Source: Nanobdellati archaeon (GTDB taxonomy: Archaea > EX4484-52 > GLR71). From it: a DNA stretch of 10,234 nt. The stretch lies in NCBI GenBank assembly GCA_019429125.1, contig JAHYJO010000014.1, forward strand, positions 1-10,234, given 5' to 3'. Positions 6,801 to 10,234 of the stretch are shown one piece after another (the first letter of the stretch is position 1; each line of letters begins with the position of its first letter). Under the pieces are notes generated by a model, which had not been told where the DNA came from, made no database searches, and saw only the letters and a program-made list of their open reading frames with translations. A program made the position numbers and the translations under genes.

Positions 6801-9800
6801 AACAACACAATACTTAACAGCAGATTCAGATGGAATCCTACCAAGTTTTTCTATTAGCTTAAACGGAAACACACAAATAAAAGCAATAACTTATGATATA
6901 GATTCTTGCAAAACCCTAGACCTTGCAGGAGCAACATACACACTTATAACAGACATAATAGATTCTTTTTCTGACCTCTGTATGAATATTTCCGCAAATG
7001 ACGTAACATTAGATTGCCAAGGTCATACAATAGATGCAGTAGGTGTTGCGGGAGATATTGGGATAGGCGTAATCCGAAGTTCATCAACAGACACAAACGT
7101 AACAATAAAGAACTGCATTATCACAGATTGGAACAATATGGCTTTTGGTATACAATTAAAAAACGCAAACAATAACACGGTTAAAAATATAACTGCAAAT
7201 TCAAACTGGCGTGCAATTTACCTAAATGAATACTCATCATATAACCATTTTTCAAATATCAGTTTAAATTCTAATTCGATAGGATTTTATCTTGCTATAA
7301 ATACAGGATATAATCAGATTACCGACATCACATCTGAATTAAGTAGTAGCTGGGGTATCATGTTAGATGGATCAGATAATAACAACATCACTGACGCAGT
7401 TATAAATGCAAGTGGAGAATATGGCATTAGGATATCAAGTGCTGATAACAACACAATATCAAATATGATAATATCAAATTCAGGAACAAATGGGATTGAT
7501 GTAGTAGGTTCACAAAACACATTTTACAACAATATTTTCAACAATACAAACAACGTAGGTTCTGCAGGAACAAATACAAACTGGAACACCACAAAACAAT
7601 TAGGGACAAACATTGTTGGAAAAACTTATATCGGTGGGAACTATTGGGGTACTCCTGATACAACCGGCATTTCCGACACTTGCTGGGATACAACTGAGGA
7701 CTATATCTGCGAAAGTTCATATACAATTGTTTCAGGGAACATAGATTATCTACCACTGACAACAAAGTCTGATTCAACAGATCCAAACATCTACTTTGTC
7801 AATCCAACTGAAAACAACAATTCATACATCAACAAAAACTACACTTACATCAACTGGACTTTAAATGACACTAACCCTGACATAACTATCTTAAACTGGG
7901 CCGGTGAAAATGAAACAATATCGCAAGACTATTCAAACCAAACCAACCTGGTCGACGGCATCTACACCTATTATGTCTGGGCAAATGACACTGCTGGAAA
8001 CTCAAATAAAACCGAGATAAGAACAGTCACAATCGACACAACTTACCCACAATTCAGCACTCACATCACAACTCCCTCCACACCAAACGAGAACGAATCA
8101 GTCCAGTTAAATGTCACAATAACAGAAATCAATAAAGACACAATCTGGCTCCAGTTTGACAACAATTCCGGTTCAACTAATTACACAATCACAACTACCG
8201 CCGGCAACGAATTTTACTACACAATCCAGATTGGCAACTACACTGCCCACGACCAGATAAATTATAGTTGGTGGTCAAATGACAGTGCTGGTAACTTAAA
8301 CTCCTCCGCCATCCAGACCTTCACCGTCGCCAATCAAATCCCAACAGTTAACGCTCCAACTTTAAACAGTACCACACCAAAAACAAATGACACATTAAAC
8401 TGTACTGGCGGAACTTTCGGAGACCTTGACGCCGAAGACTCAGAACAATCAAGACAATATAAATGGTACGACACCAACATAGAAATCGCAGGCGAAATCT
8501 CCCAGACCTTAGACCTAACTCTCACCGGTCTTAACAAGGGCGACACCATCATCTGTTCACTCCGAGTTTCTGACGGTTATGATAATTCAACTTGGGTCAA
8601 TTCCAGCAATACTGCAACAATCCAAAACTCAATACCTCAGATAACATTAACATCCCCTGCCGACTCAGACTACAAACGCCAGACTTTCAACTTTACTTAC
8701 ACAGTCACCGACACCGACGAAATAGCGGATGTCAACTATTGCGAACTCTGGAAAAATGTAGACAATACCGGCTGGACTTTACACAATAATAATACAAGTC
8801 CGCAACCAACAAATAACGTATCCTATACCATAGCAACTTTACCAACTGAACAAGTAGAAACCATTGATTGGTACGTCAACTGTACAGATTTAAGCAGTGC
8901 AGAAAACCAGTCAACCCAACTAACAGTTTATGTAGATAATGTCAATCCTGTCTCACATTTCTACACCCCTGAAGCAGACAATACAACAGTAATCCCACGA
9001 TTTGAGACTTACCTAAACTTAGATGTTCGTGCCGAAAACGACCACCTAAAATATGTATATTTGAGCATAAAAAATTCAACAGGTACATTGATGCACGACA
9101 ACGACAGCGGTCTTTTAGCAGATACACCAGTTCTTGAATGGTATAACATGACCTATAATATTAACATATCAAGTTGGAACACCGGCAACTTCACAGTCTA
9201 TGTAAATGCAACTGATTATCCATTAAATACCATGGATGGTACAGCAATATTTAGAATTAATAATGTCCCAACTTTAACCTCAATTGCGAGCAATATCTCA
9301 TTAGTACAATTAGGCGACTCAATCCAAATTACAACCACAGGAGCCACCGACATTGACACAGTTGACACTTACCTTTTAGGTTGCGGTGAAACTCCAAATA
9401 ACTGGAATTTATGTATTGGTTCTGCAGGAACAGGAGAAAGAACCTGTGACTTTACATCACCTTGGTCAGACAACACAGAGCACACAATATATTGTAATAT
9501 GACAGATAGTCACGACAATTCAACAGGTTACACAACAACTATCACAGCCGATAATATAGATCCATTTGTAACAATATACACACCTGAAAATACAAGTTAC
9601 AACACAGTCTCCCTTGACTTAAATTACACAGCTACAGACACAAACTTAGACACCTCATGGTACCAGTACGACGGTGCAAACACAACTCTACCTGGCAACA
9701 TAACTTTCACCGCACTAGACAACCAGCAATCAACTTTAATCCTTTGGGCAAATGACACAGTCGGCAACATAAATAGCACAAGCATCACCTTCACAGTTGA

Positions 9801-10234
9801 TACCACCCCACCAACAATAACAATACAATCCCCAGAAAACATAACCTACCCAATTGCAACCCTCTGGTTCAATGTAACCACAACTGACATTTTAAGTGAT
9901 GTAAACTGGTGCGGTTACAGTTTAGACAATGCACCAAATGTAACATTATCAAATGCTACTCAGACCGATTTCTACAATGTCAACAGTACCATGACTGACG
10001 CAATTCATAATGTAATCTTTTACTGTAACGACAGTTTAGGCAACTTAAATTCCACAACCATAACCTTCACCGTCGACACCACTTTACCAATCTTAACATT
10101 CACATCACCAACTGAAAACAACAATTCATACATCAACAAAAACTACACTTACATCAACTGGACTTTAAATGACACTAACCCTGACATAACTATCTTAAAC
10201 TGGGCCGGTGAAAATGAAACAATATCGCAAGACT
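3871..10234 (+). CDS. Giant multidomain cell-surface glycoprotein/adhesin (>2000 aa), 3'-truncated by the window; start uncertain (CTG 3871, TTG 3898, GTG 3913; first ATG 4111)
   Basis: I read frame +1 codon by codon: no stop from 3868 to 10234. Hydrophobic segment FSFILFIISLMFVSFINL at 4081-4134; DUF2341-like, beta-helix, NosD-like and Ig-like modules follow. Very Asn/Thr/Ser-rich with dense N-x-S/T sequons. Missing from the ORF track, presumably because it has no stop. Confidence 0.95.
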   Translation, partial: MADVYFELELYDKFVWLNRLESGIVSSSKIVSDIVSYSLDFKPKDNSDNTQIYKVSGNEKTNTQTSKVIKFSFILFIISLMFVSFINLNPTENQEATSKNIDTSRLIDSASIKNTDNFPEKINIKVGDSKSYATFDEVQSKTINIKKTPTLVTTPNLKQKIEKTTNLKINDFIWVETDNFVPESTGGKIILSSIGQKTFKCDGTIDNPDCFEIDSCATSQKPCYKYDSGKTIIYVNHFSGAFNTLTWTTDADWNEGTRVNISSESNSFGLCWDGGLYCNWNYRKAINVSSTSALTDYQINISVIWDSDMQDNFEDLRFTYYNITNATEIELPYWIELNYSQDNATVWIKTNKTSGDNTVYMYYGNATATSESNGSDVFVFFDDFDDGDISDWAKTTYYLTVGSSFSADTSYYNSPDYSHKIYNKGDCYNYPYSGGETRMSKTITFEGGEYIMGFIERIGTSQWGYCGHGTGYGSFSMVYINDVNYYSRKCNTDCTYVICDSTKDSFNFTSVSGTQKISISNRPVDCSYGYSWFDDLYIHKYIQNIPVISFGAEQTLYTGQYTSNLITSQYAITRIKPIWNSTEQDANKNITVEISADNGTTWLIATNNTNHTTGGSIGAGNELIFRISISTNDSKISPKFHDITLEYDTDSCVPLTDWQINDTISCMDIQSFQKVNLNLGSSASITFTNVSFNIERLVVEQGATLKIENSKNTVIQNGNLTVAGTLWINSTTYKINGTSDGNIGINLTSTGSLYIINNSNITNGADVIGGNETAHFFFIVNAGSNFSMNDSYLSKVGYDGSENHKGLFIETDNIYITNSTIKDSYIGLYLNYSNNNIILNSTITTSGQNAYGIYLHSSSNNNITGGSILSSSSYNYYLRDSNTNNNFTNTNFTAPRKIYFYDTTTSFNYNNQTDGNIQLKTTVSQQGEIQRSLETWSQSNMQWNDTNNTAGIISTYNLTGLIPNFKYTITNTSNSQTTTQYLTADSDGILPSFSISLNGNTQIKAITYDIDSCKTLDLAGATYTLITDIIDSFSDLCMNISANDVTLDCQGHTIDAVGVAGDIGIGVIRSSSTDTNVTIKNCIITDWNNMAFGIQLKNANNNTVKNITANSNWRAIYLNEYSSYNHFSNISLNSNSIGFYLAINTGYNQITDITSELSSSWGIMLDGSDNNNITDAVINASGEYGIRISSADNNTISNMIISNSGTNGIDVVGSQNTFYNNIFNNTNNVGSAGTNTNWNTTKQLGTNIVGKTYIGGNYWGTPDTTGISDTCWDTTEDYICESSYTIVSGNIDYLPLTTKSDSTDPNIYFVNPTENNNSYINKNYTYINWTLNDTNPDITILNWAGENETISQDYSNQTNLVDGIYTYYVWANDTAGNSNKTEIRTVTIDTTYPQFSTHITTPSTPNENESVQLNVTITEINKDTIWLQFDNNSGSTNYTITTTAGNEFYYTIQIGNYTAHDQINYSWWSNDSAGNLNSSAIQTFTVANQIPTVNAPTLNSTTPKTNDTLNCTGGTFGDLDAEDSEQSRQYKWYDTNIEIAGEISQTLDLTLTGLNKGDTIICSLRVSDGYDNSTWVNSSNTATIQNSIPQITLTSPADSDYKRQTFNFTYTVTDTDEIADVNYCELWKNVDNTGWTLHNNNTSPQPTNNVSYTIATLPTEQVETIDWYVNCTDLSSAENQSTQLTVYVDNVNPVSHFYTPEADNTTVIPRFETYLNLDVRAENDHLKYVYLSIKNSTGTLMHDNDSGLLADTPVLEWYNMTYNINISSWNTGNFTVYVNATDYPLNTMDGTAIFRINNVPTLTSIASNISLVQLGDSIQITTTGATDIDTVDTYLLGCGETPNNWNLCIGSAGTGERTCDFTSPWSDNTEHTIYCNMTDSHDNSTGYTTTITADNIDPFVTIYTPENTSYNTVSLDLNYTATDTNLDTSWYQYDGANTTLPGNITFTALDNQQSTLILWANDTVGNINSTSITFTVDTTPPTITIQSPENITYPIATLWFNVTTTDILSDVNWCGYSLDNAPNVTLSNATQTDFYNVNSTMTDAIHNVIFYCNDSLGNLNSTTITFTVDTTLPILTFTSPTENNNSYINKNYTYINWTLNDTNPDITILNWAGENETISQD
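4708..5031 (+). other. DUF2341-like domain within the giant ORF
   Basis: WNYRKAINV..LTDYQI..MQDNFEDLRF..ELPYWIE..ATVWIK..TVYMYYGN..SESNGSDVFVFFDDFDDG. Confidence 0.85.
5821..6600 (+). other. First right-handed parallel beta-helix (PbH1-like) block; boundaries approximate
   Basis: Periodic motifs GNLTVAGTLWINS, GLFIETDNIYITNSTI, GLYLNYSNNNIILNSTI and GIYLHSSSNNNITGGSI. Confidence 0.7.
6898..7761 (+). other. NosD/CASH-like beta-helix domain
   Basis: Opens with IDSCKTLDLAGATYTL..CMNISANDVTLDCQGHTI, has GIxLxxxxNNxI repeats, and closes with NTFYNNIFNN..WNTTKQLGTNIVG..IGGNYW..CWDTTEDYICE..IDYLPL, as in archaeal NosD-domain surface proteins. Confidence 0.85.
7804..7930 (+). repeat. Exact direct repeat, copy 1 (127 bp visible match)
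   Basis: Identical to 10108-10234; the offset is 2304 bp = 768 codons, in frame. Confidence 0.97.
10108..10234 (+). repeat. Exact direct repeat, copy 2, cut by the window end
   Basis: CCAACTGAAAACAAC...ATATCGCAAGACT, identical to 7804-7930. Confidence 0.97.

Larger units (their letters stand above)
7771..10234 (+). repeat. Tandem Ig-like beta-sandwich repeats (~85-105 aa each): 8 complete plus the start of a ninth
   Basis: Repeating DxxxP/NxxP starts near 7771, 8035, 8332, 8626, 8935, 9259, 9550, 9799 and 10075, with ends such as VWANDTAGN, WWSNDSAGN, LWANDTVGN and FYCNDSLGN. Confidence 0.8.

Noticed and set aside
6898-7761. nosD gene call (nitrous oxide reductase maturation)
   Set aside because: It is only a NosD-like beta-helix module within a giant surface protein, with no nos cluster context.
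7804-7930. The 127-bp repeat pair as a DGR template/variable repeat pair
   Set aside because: The copies are fully identical and both are in-frame coding, with no adenine-specific mismatches.
7558-9432. 15-bp identity GGTTCTGCAGGAACA at 7558 and 9418
   Set aside because: Encodes GSAGT in unrelated domains with no flanking similarity; there is no supporting structure.
4284-9842. Nine short ORFs in the track (4284, 4823, 5396, 7314, 7538, 8334, 8592, 8942, 9624)
   Set aside because: All lie antisense or out of frame within the giant frame +1 ORF and have shadow-like compositions.

Overview
AT-rich, archaeal-looking window (DPANN-like by inference) in two halves. Bases 1-3144 are a pile-up of insertion sequences. 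They comprise the end of an ISNCY/ISA1214-type element (DUF2080 gene tail plus terminal repeat) that cuts off an IS1634-family transposase, an intact-looking IS701-family element with perfect inverted ends inserted just upstream of that transposase, about 600 bp of non-coding repeat-rich DNA, and a 5'-truncated ISA1214-type transposase with two amber stops that ends in the same 16-bp terminal repeat. Bases 3190-10234 hold a small membrane-anchored or secreted protein gene and a giant stop-free ORF (frame +1, about 2120 codons) that runs off the window and is absent from the ORF track. It encodes a predicted N-glycosylated surface protein: N-terminal anchor, Cys-rich module ending in HFS, DUF2341-like domain followed by a compositionally anomalous Tyr/Cys/Gly-rich segment, two beta-helix blocks (one NosD-like), and at least 8 Ig-like repeats. 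Both ends of the window are exactly 127-bp repeat copies, consistent with an assembly contig broken at repeats. Family assignments come from motif recognition only; no database search was run.
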